A stretch of DNA of 64,000 nt from an uncultured bacterium (GTDB lineage Bacteria; JAJVIF01; JAPKYR01), in NCBI GenBank assembly GCA_965369865.1, contig CBDURU010000001.1, positions 1 through 64,000 of the forward strand, written 5' to 3'. This document shows, piece after piece, positions 20,982-31,466 of the stretch. Position numbers and translations under genes: made by a program. Each line of letters opens with the position of its first letter. Position 1 is the first letter of the stretch. A model generated the notes under the pieces. That model made no database searches. It had not been told where the DNA came from and saw nothing but the letters and a program-made list of their open reading frames with translations.

Positions 20982-21803
20982 ATGAAATTATCATTCAGCA
21001 CGCTTGGATGCCCCGGATGGCCGCTTGAGAAAGTGATCGAATCCGCGAAAAACTACGGTTATGACGGCGTGGAATTTCGCGGGATCGACGGAGAACTCGA
21101 TATCCGTAAGCTGCCGGAATTCTCGCCTGACAATATCGCGCAGACACGTGCGATGTTCGAGGATGCGGGCATTGAGCTTGTCAGCGTTGATTCATCCGCG
21201 AGCTTTTCCCACAAAGAAATCGGTAAATTACAAAGCAGTATAGATGAAGCAAGGGATTACATCACACTCGCGAAAAATCTTGGAGCGCCGATGGTACGTA
21301 TTTTCGGCGGACAAATTCCCGATGGTGTGACGTTCGAGGACGGTGTCGATCAACTGGCGTTTCACCTCTCGCAACTTGGTGATTTCGCGCGGGAATCGGG
21401 AGTTATTCTTGGGCTTGAGACGCATGACAGTTTCCTCACTGGAAAAGCTGTTTCGGAAGTTATGAAAAAGACGAATCATGACGCGGTGAAAGTGATCTGG
21501 GACATAAGCAACTGTTACTGGACAGGTGAGCCGCTTGAGGAAACCGCGGAACTTCTTGCTCCGCACATTATTCATGTTCATGTAAAAGATTCAGTCTTTG
21601 TCGATGGAGAAGCAAAGCTGACATTCATAGGCGAGGGCGACATTCCGCTTCAGAAGTCCCTGGAAATTCTCAAAGACATGGGATACGGCGGCTATCTTTC
21701 ATATGAATGGGAAAAGGTATGGCAGCCCGATCTGCCTGAACCGGATGAGGCGTTTCCGCAGTATGTTAAGAAGATGAAGGAGTATCTTGACGAGCTTTCC
21801 TGA
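20982..21803 (+). CDS. Sugar phosphate isomerase/epimerase (AP endonuclease 2 / xylose-isomerase-like TIM barrel)
   Basis: MKLSFSTLGCPGW, LETHD, WDISN, HVHVKD, SYEWEK. Confidence 0.9.
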   Translation: MKLSFSTLGCPGWPLEKVIESAKNYGYDGVEFRGIDGELDIRKLPEFSPDNIAQTRAMFEDAGIELVSVDSSASFSHKEIGKLQSSIDEARDYITLAKNLGAPMVRIFGGQIPDGVTFEDGVDQLAFHLSQLGDFARESGVILGLETHDSFLTGKAVSEVMKKTNHDAVKVIWDISNCYWTGEPLEETAELLAPHIIHVHVKDSVFVDGEAKLTFIGEGDIPLQKSLEILKDMGYGGYLSYEWEKVWQPDLPEPDEAFPQYVKKMKEYLDELS

Positions 21804-21812
21804 AGGTGATCC

Positions 21813-22436
21813 ATGATGGAAATAATCGATCTTAGCGTGGACTTATACGACGGCATGACCAGGTTTTGGGGCGACTGGCATGTCTCATTCGAGAGCGGGA
21901 TAACCGGCACATACGAGAAACACGGATGCCTGGTGCACAAGATCGCGATGGCAACCCACACGGGCACCCATATTGACGCGCCCGCTCATTTTTTTGATGG
22001 GGCAACCACTATTGACAAGGTTTCGCTCGATAAATTCGTGAGCGACTGCGTTGTGTGCAAACTCGACGGGATCGGCGAAAATTCCCACATCACCGTCGAT
22101 CACATTTCTCATCTGGATATCACTCCGGATGTCGGAGTCCTGATAAACACCGGCTGGTATAAACAATGGGACACGGGGAAATTTTATGAGGACTTCCCAA
22201 TTCTTGATCCTGAGGCTGCCGGGATGCTGATTGACAAAGGCGCGAAGTATATCGCGTGCGACCTTCCGCTCGGAATTGAAGTACATAAGATAGTGCTCGG
22301 TGCCGGGAGTCTTCTCATTGAAAATCTCGCGAACCTTGACGCGATAAAAACCGACAGGATTAAACTCCTGGCATTGCCATTGAAACTGCGCGGTGGTGAC
22401 GGGGCGCCGGCACGAGTGCTAGCAATTATCGAATAA
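21813..22436 (+). CDS. Cyclase family protein (kynurenine formamidase-like)
   Basis: HTGTHIDAPAHF, IENL, LPLKLRGGDGAPAR. Confidence 0.92.
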   Translation: MMEIIDLSVDLYDGMTRFWGDWHVSFESGITGTYEKHGCLVHKIAMATHTGTHIDAPAHFFDGATTIDKVSLDKFVSDCVVCKLDGIGENSHITVDHISHLDITPDVGVLINTGWYKQWDTGKFYEDFPILDPEAAGMLIDKGAKYIACDLPLGIEVHKIVLGAGSLLIENLANLDAIKTDRIKLLALPLKLRGGDGAPARVLAIIE

Positions 22437-22449
22437 AAAGGAAAAAAAC

Positions 22450-23352
22450 ATGAAGCCATTTATGTTCACAATTGACGATGAAACAAAAATCGGTCTGGAA
22501 AACGACGGCAGAACTATCGACTTCTCCCGCGCGTGGGAGGTGTATGAGCTTGTGAACGAGGGGCTTCCGCCGGATAACATCGCCTTCTGGTCGCTTGACA
22601 TGATGATCGCGCAGGACCTGTTCGATCTGGAGGTATTTTCCAACGTCTGGTCATTTCTCGAAGCTCATAATCTTTTAGAGGAATTCAAGATCGGGAATGA
22701 ATTCAAATATGAAATTCCTCTCTTTCAGCCGTCGAAAATCCTCGCGCTTGGAAGGAATTACAAAGCGCACGCTGAGGAGAGTGGTTTTGAAGTTCCCGAC
22801 GAACCGATCATTTTCGATAAGGTGATAACATCGATGCTCGCCCATGGGGGGGATATCGTGTATCCGCAGCAGGTCAAGCGTCTGGACCATGAAATTGAGC
22901 TTGCGGTTGTTATCGGCGATGAGGCGAAAAATGTATCCATCAATGACGCGTGGGATTATGTCGCCGGATACACAATCGCGAATGATATTTCCGCGAGGGA
23001 CATGCAGGAGAGGGATATCGCACAAACCAAACCGTGGCTCCGTTCAAAAAATTTCGACACTTTTTCGCCGATCGGCCCGTACCTGATTCCAAAGGACGCG
23101 ATTCCCGACGCGCATAATCTTGAGATGGAATTGAAAGTGAGCGGTGAAACGCGCCAGAAATCAAACACATCCATGATGGTCTTTAAAATACCGGAAGTGA
23201 TTTCGTATATTTCCGAACACATGACGCTTCTGCCGGGCGACATCATCATGACCGGCACTCCGGAGGGTATCTCGGCATTGGTAGTCGGTGATGTTGTCGA
23301 GGCGACGATTGAGGGTATCGGGACTTTAAGAAACACGGTTGTAGCAGGATAA
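22450..23352 (+). CDS. Fumarylacetoacetate hydrolase family protein
   Basis: GRNYKAHAEE, DHEIEL, NDISARD, KNFDTF, TLLPGDIIMTGTPEG. Confidence 0.93.
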   Translation: MKPFMFTIDDETKIGLENDGRTIDFSRAWEVYELVNEGLPPDNIAFWSLDMMIAQDLFDLEVFSNVWSFLEAHNLLEEFKIGNEFKYEIPLFQPSKILALGRNYKAHAEESGFEVPDEPIIFDKVITSMLAHGGDIVYPQQVKRLDHEIELAVVIGDEAKNVSINDAWDYVAGYTIANDISARDMQERDIAQTKPWLRSKNFDTFSPIGPYLIPKDAIPDAHNLEMELKVSGETRQKSNTSMMVFKIPEVISYISEHMTLLPGDIIMTGTPEGISALVVGDVVEATIEGIGTLRNTVVAG

Positions 23353-23356
23353 AAGA

Positions 23357-24439
23357 ATGAAAATCGAAAAAATCGATGTGCTACAGAAATCAGTTCCGTT
23401 TAAACGACCGTTTGAGATCGCAGGCGGAGCGACAACGGTTTGCGAGCACCCGATTATCAGGATCATTACAGATGACGGCACTTACGGCCTTGGCGAAGCC
23501 GCCACGATGGCGGCCTACTCCGACGAAACACATACGGGGGTCGAGACTGTACTGAAGGAGAAATTGATTCCTGTTGTCATCGGATGCGATCCATTCGACA
23601 TCAACGCGATTATGGAACGGCTTGATAAAACGGTTGATGGAAACAGCTTCGCGAAAGCCGCAATCGACCTAGCGCTTCACGATCTCATGGGAAAATTGGC
23701 CAATCAGCCTGTTTATAAACTGCTTGGCGGGAAGTACCGGGATCGTGTTCCGCTCGCGTGGGCGATCGGGCTTGGTGGTATTGGCGATGTAGCAGCGGAA
23801 GCTGTCGAGTATGTCAAAAAAGGTTACCGCACGATCAAAATTAAAATCGGGAACGATCCAAAGCGCGATATCGATGCTGTCAGAGAGGTAAGGAAGGCGA
23901 TCGGGGAAGAGATCAAATTCCGTGTCGACGCTAACATGGGTTACGATTTCGACACGGCAATCGAAACCCTTTCCGAAATGGAAAAGTATGACATCGAGTT
24001 ATTTGAGCAGCCGATTTCCAGGGACGATATCGACGGAATGGCGAAGCTGTGCGAGAGGTTCGACACGCCGATTATGGCGGATGAGAGCAATTACAGCCCT
24101 GAGGACGCGCTCGACCTGGTCAGAGTAAAAGCCGCCGATATTCTGAACATCAAGATTATGAAACCATGCGGATTGAGAGGCTCGCGTGCAATCGCCAATA
24201 TCGCGCAGGCAGCCGATATTCCTCTCCTTATCGGCAGTATGCCGGAGATGGGTATCGGAACGGCGGCGGGCCTTCATTTCGCGATAGCGACACCGGGAAT
24301 CGAATACGCGTGCGAGTTGATAGGTCCGGAAATGCTCGCGGACGATGTCATCGAACCGGTGTTATTTCTTAAGACATGTGAAAAGGGATATCTCGAACTC
24401 CCAACCGGAAATGGTCTTGGAGTTGATTTGAGGGAATGA
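23357..24439 (+). CDS. Enolase superfamily, muconate lactonizing enzyme / dipeptide epimerase subgroup
   Basis: KIKIG, RVDAN, FEQP, ADES, NIKIMK. Confidence 0.9.
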   Translation: MKIEKIDVLQKSVPFKRPFEIAGGATTVCEHPIIRIITDDGTYGLGEAATMAAYSDETHTGVETVLKEKLIPVVIGCDPFDINAIMERLDKTVDGNSFAKAAIDLALHDLMGKLANQPVYKLLGGKYRDRVPLAWAIGLGGIGDVAAEAVEYVKKGYRTIKIKIGNDPKRDIDAVREVRKAIGEEIKFRVDANMGYDFDTAIETLSEMEKYDIELFEQPISRDDIDGMAKLCERFDTPIMADESNYSPEDALDLVRVKAADILNIKIMKPCGLRGSRAIANIAQAADIPLLIGSMPEMGIGTAAGLHFAIATPGIEYACELIGPEMLADDVIEPVLFLKTCEKGYLELPTGNGLGVDLRE

Positions 24440-24443
24440 TTAT

Positions 24444-24518
24444 GTAACCCGGGAACCCATCTCACCTGAACCTGGAAAATTTTTCATGAATATTTTGTGA
24501 GATGGGTTCCCAGGCTAC
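24444..24518. repeat. Long inverted repeat (REP/REPIN-like), copy 1
   Basis: gtaacccgggaacccatctcac...gtgagatgggttcccaggctac. Confidence 0.8.
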
Positions 24519-24548
24519 GTGTTATCGGAACAAAAAGGAAATTTCCCC

Positions 24549-25943
24549 ATGACCAAAACACAAATTTACACAGCATTCCTCGGTGAGAAGAAACCCGTCG
24601 GTGTGGCAGGATGGCCGAACGCTGAATTCGATCCTGAAGTCGAAAGTGTGAAATGGATGGAAAAACTCTCCCTGGAATTCGGCGATGAGTTCGAGTTCAC
24701 CGGCGGCGACCTTGTCCCGTGCCACGAAAAGGGAACCTGCGAGACAGCGGGTTATATCAATGAAGTGTACACAAGCCGCGGCCCGGAAGCCCTCAACGAT
24801 TTTCCCGAAAACATCCGTGACGGCGTTAATAAAGCTGACGGCGTTCTGGTTGTGTCGCTCTGCATTCCCGGATGCTCCTGCGAATTCGACATCGTCTCGA
24901 CCGGCAAACCGACAGTCGTTGTGAACAATATCTACGCCGGTGATGGAATATTCCTCCACTGTAACAGTTTCGTAAAACGGAATAACCTGCCCGCGATTCT
25001 GGTCAGCTCATCGGATTTCAACGACACCCGTCGCGCGCTGCATCTCATCACAGTGATGCGTCGGATGCGCGAGACGAAAATTCTCGACTACATGGACGCT
25101 GTGTCGGAATGGGGCATGAGACCTGGGGAGGATGAAATTATAAGGGGAGTCTTCGGGACTGAAATCATTCAAAAGCCCGGTCAGGAACTGCTCAAATACA
25201 TTGATGATGTCGACGATAAGGAAGCTCGGGAATGGGTTCGTAAATGGAAAGATGAAGCCGAGAAAGTTATCGAGCCGGATGATGCGACATTGATGCAGTC
25301 GGCGCGGATGTATCTCGGTCTCAAGCACGCGATGGAAGAAGTCGAAGCGACATGTGTCTCAACCGACTGCCTGAATTATGTTTATCGCGACAAATTTCCC
25401 GGTTACCCATGCCTTGCGTTTTTCCAGTTGATGAACGATGGATTGATGGGAGTATGCGAGGCGGATATTCACTCATCGCTTACGAATTTGATGGGGATGT
25501 ATTTAACAGGGGCTCCCGGTTTCGTATCCGATCCGGTGATCGACACGGCATCCGATCAGATTATCTACGCACACTGTGTCTGCTCGAAAGAAATGATCAG
25601 GGAAGAGTCGATGCCGTACGCGATCCGAAGCCATGCGGAATGCAACAAGGGCGCGTCGGTTCAGGTGATCGCGCGAACCGGTTTACCGATGACGACCATC
25701 AAACTGCATCCGATTGACAGGAAACTCGCGCTTCATAAGGGCGTTGTTGTCGGGAATGTGGATATCGACTGGGCGTGCCGGACAAAGATCGCTGTTGAAG
25801 TTCGCGACGCGAAGGCATTACTGAACGGCTGGAATGTTATATGCAATTTCGGGTGGCATCGTGTATCATTCTACGGTGATTTAGAGGAAGATTTCCGGGA
25901 TCTTGCCACCCTCTACGGTTTTACTGTTGTTGAAAATTCGTGA
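24549..25943 (+). CDS. L-fucose/L-arabinose isomerase-like protein
   Basis: YPCLAFFQLMNDG, CEAD, GFVSDP, YAHC, CRTK, GWHRVSFYGD. Confidence 0.75.
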   Translation: MTKTQIYTAFLGEKKPVGVAGWPNAEFDPEVESVKWMEKLSLEFGDEFEFTGGDLVPCHEKGTCETAGYINEVYTSRGPEALNDFPENIRDGVNKADGVLVVSLCIPGCSCEFDIVSTGKPTVVVNNIYAGDGIFLHCNSFVKRNNLPAILVSSSDFNDTRRALHLITVMRRMRETKILDYMDAVSEWGMRPGEDEIIRGVFGTEIIQKPGQELLKYIDDVDDKEAREWVRKWKDEAEKVIEPDDATLMQSARMYLGLKHAMEEVEATCVSTDCLNYVYRDKFPGYPCLAFFQLMNDGLMGVCEADIHSSLTNLMGMYLTGAPGFVSDPVIDTASDQIIYAHCVCSKEMIREESMPYAIRSHAECNKGASVQVIARTGLPMTTIKLHPIDRKLALHKGVVVGNVDIDWACRTKIAVEVRDAKALLNGWNVICNFGWHRVSFYGDLEEDFRDLATLYGFTVVENS

Positions 25944-25970
25944 ATTTTTTCAGGAAGGAGACTGCGTCCT

Positions 25971-26705
25971 GTGAAGTTTTTCGATTCGAATTGTTGTATC
26001 GGGCAATTATCCGTACCGTTACCGAAACATGTCGGAAGCGCGAGTGAACTTGACGAATTATTGAAAAGTGCGGGGATTGACGAAGCGCTTGTTAATCATA
26101 TCGGCGGGAAGGAATACAGTCCGGTGGAGAGCAACCAATGGATTCTCGACGAATTGCATGATTATCCGAACCTGCACCCGTGCTGGTGTGTTATGCCGCA
26201 TCATACCGGTGAATTCCCACACCCGAGAGAACTTATCGATATGATTCGCGATGAAAATATACGCGGGGTGAGGGTTTTTCCGAAAACGCAGAACTGGTCG
26301 CTCTCGGAATGGTCGAGTTTAGAACTTCTCAACGCTCTTGGGGCTTTTGAAATTCCTCTATTCATCGATTATTCGGAGACAAGTCCGGATCAATTATATT
26401 CAATCTGCGATAAACATCCAAAACTTCCGGTAGTGCTGACCGGGGCGCCGTTCAGGTTCAGCAGGCTGATTTACGCGCTCCTTTCGGAGACAAAGAATCT
26501 GTATTTAGAGACTTCCCAATTTCAATTGCACTCAGGGATTGAGGATGTCTGTAATAAATTCGGGGCGAGTCGATTGCTGTTCGGCACATCCGTTCCGGAT
26601 TTCTCGCCCGGACCGTCTATGATGGCGATCAAGTACGCGGGGATATCGGATGACGAGAAGGCAATGATCGCGGGAGGGAATTTGAAGAATTTATTAAATA
26701 TGTAA
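25971..26705 (+). CDS. Amidohydrolase_2-like protein lacking the HxH motif
   Basis: GTG start with AGGAG; DSNCCIG, GVRVFP, LLFGT, IAGGNL. Confidence 0.8.
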   Translation: MKFFDSNCCIGQLSVPLPKHVGSASELDELLKSAGIDEALVNHIGGKEYSPVESNQWILDELHDYPNLHPCWCVMPHHTGEFPHPRELIDMIRDENIRGVRVFPKTQNWSLSEWSSLELLNALGAFEIPLFIDYSETSPDQLYSICDKHPKLPVVLTGAPFRFSRLIYALLSETKNLYLETSQFQLHSGIEDVCNKFGASRLLFGTSVPDFSPGPSMMAIKYAGISDDEKAMIAGGNLKNLLNM

Positions 26706-26767
26706 CCCAGGAACCCATTTCAGCAAACCTTCAGTATTAGTCAGGATTTGGAAATGGGCTCCCGGGC
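26702..26767. repeat. Long inverted repeat (REP/REPIN-like), copy 2
   Basis: gtaacccaggaacccatttc...gaaatgggctcccggg; the amidohydrolase stop TAA lies inside its GTAA end. Confidence 0.75.
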
Positions 26768-26798
26768 AAATAGACAGAAGAAAGAAGGAGAAATAAAC

Positions 26799-27482
26799 AT
26801 GTGTAGAAACGAAGAAGCGAGAATACCTCTAATCGGAGAGAAAGCACCGTCATTCGAGGCTGAGACGACCCAGGGAACGATCAAATTCCCGGATGATTAC
26901 AATGGCAAATGGGTGATTTTTTTCTCGCACCCGGCGGATTTCACACCGGTATGCACGACTGAATTCATAACATTCGCGAGCATGGCGGATGAGTTCAAAG
27001 AACTTAACTGCGAATTGCTTGGGCTCTCGATTGACTCGACATTCTCTCATATCGCCTGGCTCAGGACGATAAATGAGAAGATCGAATTCAAGGGAATGAA
27101 GGATGTCGAGGTGATGTTTCCGGTGATAAGCGATCTCACGATGGAGGTCTCGAAGAGATTCGGGATGCTGCAACCGGAGGCATCGACAACTCAGGCTGTC
27201 AGGGCCGTATTTCTTGTTGATCCGGAGGGGATCATCAGGGCGATTCTCTACTATCCGCTTTCCGCTGGTCGTAATATGGAAGAGATAAAGCGTCTGCTGA
27301 TTGCACTTCAGCGTACATCTGAGCACGGTGTAGCTACACCGGCCAACTGGAATCCCGGCGATGATGTCATTATCCCGACTCCCGGATCATGCGGTGACGC
27401 AAAGGACCGATTTGATGCGGCGGGCGATGACTATTACTGCCTTGACTGGTTCCTCTGTCTGAAAAAGGATCCCCAAGGATAG
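26799..27482 (+). CDS. Peroxiredoxin (Prx6/TdxH type)
   Basis: FSHPADFTPVCTTE, GRNMEEI, TPANW, CLDWFLC. Confidence 0.95.
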   Translation: MCRNEEARIPLIGEKAPSFEAETTQGTIKFPDDYNGKWVIFFSHPADFTPVCTTEFITFASMADEFKELNCELLGLSIDSTFSHIAWLRTINEKIEFKGMKDVEVMFPVISDLTMEVSKRFGMLQPEASTTQAVRAVFLVDPEGIIRAILYYPLSAGRNMEEIKRLLIALQRTSEHGVATPANWNPGDDVIIPTPGSCGDAKDRFDAAGDDYYCLDWFLCLKKDPQG

Positions 27483-27496
27483 ATATAAACGCTTAC

Positions 27497-27753
27497 CGGA
27501 TCACCAAACCGCCATCGAAATGGGATTCACCGCTGGATACAATCGAGGCAAGAACGGCATACCACCGGCTTGTATTCACACCTTGATGAAAACCGCTCGC
27601 GAGGAGAACAATTTCGAGTCCGAGGTCGGGCTTTTGAACTGTTTTGTCGAGGAGGAGATCATCGCTGACGAGATGGTACAGAAATTGAAACTCATCGGCG
27701 ACAGCAGAAACGGACTCTACCAGCTTGATAAGGGGACAGGCGGCTGGATTTGA
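27497..27753 (+). pseudogene. ftnA: Ferritin C-terminal remnant, frameshifted
   Basis: KPPSKWDSPLD in one frame, then IHTLMKTAREENNF...FVEEEIIADEMVQKLKLIGDSRNGLYQLDK in another; N-terminal half absent. Confidence 0.75.
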
Positions 27754-27963
27754 CGACCGGACAAATTGATAATTTCAGCTTTTACGCTCATCAAATCCGT
27801 GTGCCAGTCCCCTGTTTCAGGGTTATCCCCGCCTTAATCAAATTAAATGTAGTATAATTCTGCGCCGAAGTTATCGTATCCGAATTTAATCCCGGATGCA
27901 TATATCGTAATCCAATTCCATACGGACCATTTTATTAGTCAATATGAATTAAAGGAGATAAAA

Positions 27964-30564
27964 ATGACTCGAATCACGGCGGTTATCCTTGCGGTTCTAG
28001 TTCTTTCACTTGCGTTTGTCGGTTACTCGACGTTGCAGGGAGCCGATGTTCACTACACTGAAGCCGATGTCCACTACACGATGGACTATCCCGACGGCTG
28101 GCAGGGAGTTCGTGTCCCGCCGGAGGCGTTATCTCCATTTGAACCGAGCGAGGTCGTTTACGTGGACGAGCCGTATATCGAACTTGATTCCGACTGGAAC
28201 ATGGACGTCAAGCTGTTCAGCAGGTATCGCTACACAAATGAGTTCGTTGAGAAATGGAGAGAAAAGTACGGCTACACTCCCACGCTTCCGATCATGGAGG
28301 ATGCTGAATTTTTCAATGGCATCGATCTGGACTATCCGGGTCTTGAATCCGTGAAGGCGTCGGTTGCAACAGGTGATTTCGCCGAGGCGAGGGAGCAGTA
28401 TTTTACCTATCAGGCAACCCGTCCGAGGCCTTATCATCTTGAATATCCCCCGATCTCAGATGAAGCCGGTGAAGCCGCTGTAATCGCAGCCAATGGGATA
28501 ATGTTGGATCCCGATTTCCCCGCATGCCGTCCGGGAATAAGATTCACTCTATTTGGGCTTATGTACCAGCTCGAACGCGCTTACATTTACACAGATGATA
28601 TCAAATACGCCGAAGCATGGCTTGAGATGTTCAATCACTGGTTCGAGACATATCGTCCGCCCGCGCAGCGTCCTGAAATGTATATTTCCTTTGTATGGAT
28701 GCCGTACTGGCGCACACTGGCCGCCGGCAACACAGGATCTACCCTGTGCAGAACCGAATACTGGCTTATCGACCTGATCGATTCAGAGCTTGACAGGGAT
28801 CGAATATTCAACACTTACAAGTCCCTTCTGGAAACCTCGAACTATCTCTATCTCTGCAACGATGTCTTCATGCCTTCTAATTGGCAAACCCACCAGTGTG
28901 AGGTACTTTATACAATAGGGACGTATTTCCCATCCTTTAAGGAAACCGAGGTCTGGCGCGATCAGGCATGGAAACTGACCCTGGAGCACATGGACAGGGA
29001 AACCTATGATGACGGCACACATTGCGAAAACTCGGTCGGCTATGCAGCCGGTGTGATAAATCAATATCACAGAACTGTCAGGCTCGTTCGTCAAACGGGA
29101 GTGGAAATACCGGATGAATTCCTGAGAAAATGGGAATCGATGTATCATTGGGCTGTGAAAATATTGCCGCCGACAGGAAGTTATGTCCCTTGCGGTGATG
29201 GTGGAATAGGAGGCGATGGCAGTTTCCTGAAGAATATTATAATTAAAGGCGCGCTTGAGTTTTGCGATCCCACAATGAAATATTTCGCCGAGCGTTATCC
29301 CGACGATGTCGTGAAAACAGCGGAGGATTATTGGAACAACCCGGATGAAATCCTCGATTCCTACAATCAGGTCATACCCGTAGAGCCGTCATACACATCC
29401 ATTCTGGTTCCGGACACCGGATGGGCTGTAATGCGCGAATCGTGGGATGTTGAATCCCCGTATTGTTTCTTCGATTACGGATGGGACGAGGCGTGGCATT
29501 CGCATCCCGATTTCGGCACAATCGATATCTGGGCTTATGGCAAACCAATATTTACCGAATGCGGCAGGGGCGGCGCGTATGAGGCGGATATCTCAAAGAG
29601 ATGGTACAAGCAGACAATCGCCCATAACACTGTGATGGTCGACTCAAGGAGCATGCGCAAGTGTGTGAACAACAGGCTGATTCAATGGTGGACGGGCGAG
29701 AATTACGATTTCGCGGACGGAATAAGCGACGGTTACCGCTGGATCGGCGTTCTTCACAACCGACGCGTACTCTTTGTCAAACCCGAGTACTGGATTGTCA
29801 CCGATTTCCTTCCGGGACCGTCCTGGTATGGGACGAGTTTCCAGACGAGCGGATATCATGAATTCGACTGGCTCGGTCATTTCCAGCCGACAGAGCTAAG
29901 AATTGATGAGCGTACAAAACGGATCGATACATCCAATGAGGACGCGAATATTGCGCTTATCCCGCTTAATGCCGATGAAGTTGAGATCATAGAGAGTGTC
30001 GGACCACTGGCCTCTCCGACAGGGATTGTCGAAGATGCCCCGTACATTTCCCTGCACCAGGAAGGCCTGGCGTTCAAGCAGTACCAGGTTCTTCTATATC
30101 CGTACGAGGGTACGGACGCTCCCGAGATTACAATCACTCGACTTGCAGCGGATGAAACCGACCGCGCAAGCAGGCAGAATGTCGGCTATGAAATTGCTCT
30201 CCCCGGACACACGGATGTATTTCTGGAAACAGGCGATACAGGGGAGATCGTTTCATTCGGCGACATTGAATTCCGCGGTGATGTCGCGCATATCAGTAAC
30301 GTGGACGGCGATGAAGGCGGTTTTATTCTGCTTAACTCCGATTATCTTGGGTTCGATGGGGTAGCGCTCTTTACCGCTCCGAGTGTCATTGAAGCGATTG
30401 AACTCACGGTGACGGATTCCAACTTGGAGGGCATTGTCATTGAAATTGTAACCGAGTCAGATGTATCGGGGATAAGATTACCCGGTCAAGAGGTAACGGA
30501 AGTGATCGTCAACGGTGAACTGCATGGATTCACGAGAGAGGGCGAATGTATCGTTCTGGATTAG
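27964..30564 (+). CDS. Secreted heparinase II/III-like lyase (paralog of 14225)
   Basis: Signal peptide; IDLDYPGLESVK, SNWQ, DDGTHCENSVGY, DTGWAVMRESW, HSHPD, AHNTVMVD. Confidence 0.88.
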   Translation: MTRITAVILAVLVLSLAFVGYSTLQGADVHYTEADVHYTMDYPDGWQGVRVPPEALSPFEPSEVVYVDEPYIELDSDWNMDVKLFSRYRYTNEFVEKWREKYGYTPTLPIMEDAEFFNGIDLDYPGLESVKASVATGDFAEAREQYFTYQATRPRPYHLEYPPISDEAGEAAVIAANGIMLDPDFPACRPGIRFTLFGLMYQLERAYIYTDDIKYAEAWLEMFNHWFETYRPPAQRPEMYISFVWMPYWRTLAAGNTGSTLCRTEYWLIDLIDSELDRDRIFNTYKSLLETSNYLYLCNDVFMPSNWQTHQCEVLYTIGTYFPSFKETEVWRDQAWKLTLEHMDRETYDDGTHCENSVGYAAGVINQYHRTVRLVRQTGVEIPDEFLRKWESMYHWAVKILPPTGSYVPCGDGGIGGDGSFLKNIIIKGALEFCDPTMKYFAERYPDDVVKTAEDYWNNPDEILDSYNQVIPVEPSYTSILVPDTGWAVMRESWDVESPYCFFDYGWDEAWHSHPDFGTIDIWAYGKPIFTECGRGGAYEADISKRWYKQTIAHNTVMVDSRSMRKCVNNRLIQWWTGENYDFADGISDGYRWIGVLHNRRVLFVKPEYWIVTDFLPGPSWYGTSFQTSGYHEFDWLGHFQPTELRIDERTKRIDTSNEDANIALIPLNADEVEIIESVGPLASPTGIVEDAPYISLHQEGLAFKQYQVLLYPYEGTDAPEITITRLAADETDRASRQNVGYEIALPGHTDVFLETGDTGEIVSFGDIEFRGDVAHISNVDGDEGGFILLNSDYLGFDGVALFTAPSVIEAIELTVTDSNLEGIVIEIVTESDVSGIRLPGQEVTEVIVNGELHGFTREGECIVLD

Positions 30565-30568
30565 GAAC

Positions 30569-30615
30569 GTAGCCTGATTTATCAATGGTTCCCGGCAAAG
30601 GAAATGCCGAGCTAC
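30569..30615. repeat. GTAG REP-like element left of the HipA/DUF3037 module
   Basis: cccggcaaaggaaatgccgagctac; minus strand GTAGCTCGGCATTTCCTTTGCCGGG. Confidence 0.7.
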
Positions 30616-30627
30616 GATACTAGATAC

Positions 30628-30656
30628 TTGCGTGCCCAACAAATGTTTAGTATAAT
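30628..30656 (+). promoter_or_regulatory. sigma70 promoter of the kinase/DUF3037 module
   Basis: TTGCGT-N17-TATAAT. Confidence 0.7.
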
Positions 30657-30712
30657 TAAATCTACGGGATGTCGATTATAATGTAAGAAGAAAGAACACA
30701 CGGCAAAATCTT

Positions 30713-31453
30713 ATGATCTACCAAACTGGGTTAATATTATCTCCAATGACTGAGGAAGAAGGAGGCAAAGGCGCCACCTCTACATTTCGGATGCGGGTCA
30801 GAGGTAAACCGAGTAGATTAGACCTAAAAAGTCCGTACGAGGTTTTCAATGAGTCGGTTGCGTCAGATTTATCAAGGTACCTTGGGTTACCAGTACCTGA
30901 TACATGGGTAGTCCCAATCGAGAATGAATATCACTGCATTCGGCCAGAATTAGTTTTCGGTGAACCTCCTCCAACAGAATTTGAAATACGAACTGCCTTG
31001 TCTATCGATAGGAATTTTTGTTGCGGAATGATATGTTGTGATCTCTGGGTGGCAAACAATGATCGTAAAGGGGATAATGTCCTGTACGACAAAGAAAACA
31101 AGAGTTTCTGGCTGATTGATTTTGGTAATTCTCTTTTGTATAGAGGTGAATCCGCTGGAATTAAGAGATTGCAGGAAATCGAGGATGACCCAGTTAAAAT
31201 GTTTGATAAAGAGTACTATTACACTGATTTACTGGAAAATTCTAGCGATCTTGCAGAATGGATAGAAAAAATTGAAAGTATTCCTGACTGGATGATTGAA
31301 AACTCAGTTGAGTCTGCCAAAATAACGCTTGAGAATTCCGAAGTTAGTGAAACCGAAGTTCCAAAAATTGCAGAATTTTTGATCAATCGCAAAAACAGAA
31401 TAAAACAGATAATTGACGAACTTTCTCCATCGGTATTTAAGAATTATTCATGA
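30713..31453 (+). CDS. HipA-like (PI3/PI4-kinase fold) kinase
   Basis: NESVASDLSRYLGLPVP, DLWVANNDRKGDNVL, LIDFGNS, IPDWMI, FLINRK. Confidence 0.82.
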   Translation: MIYQTGLILSPMTEEEGGKGATSTFRMRVRGKPSRLDLKSPYEVFNESVASDLSRYLGLPVPDTWVVPIENEYHCIRPELVFGEPPPTEFEIRTALSIDRNFCCGMICCDLWVANNDRKGDNVLYDKENKSFWLIDFGNSLLYRGESAGIKRLQEIEDDPVKMFDKEYYYTDLLENSSDLAEWIEKIESIPDWMIENSVESAKITLENSEVSETEVPKIAEFLINRKNRIKQIIDELSPSVFKNYS

Positions 31454-31466
31454 AGGAGTGTTCATT

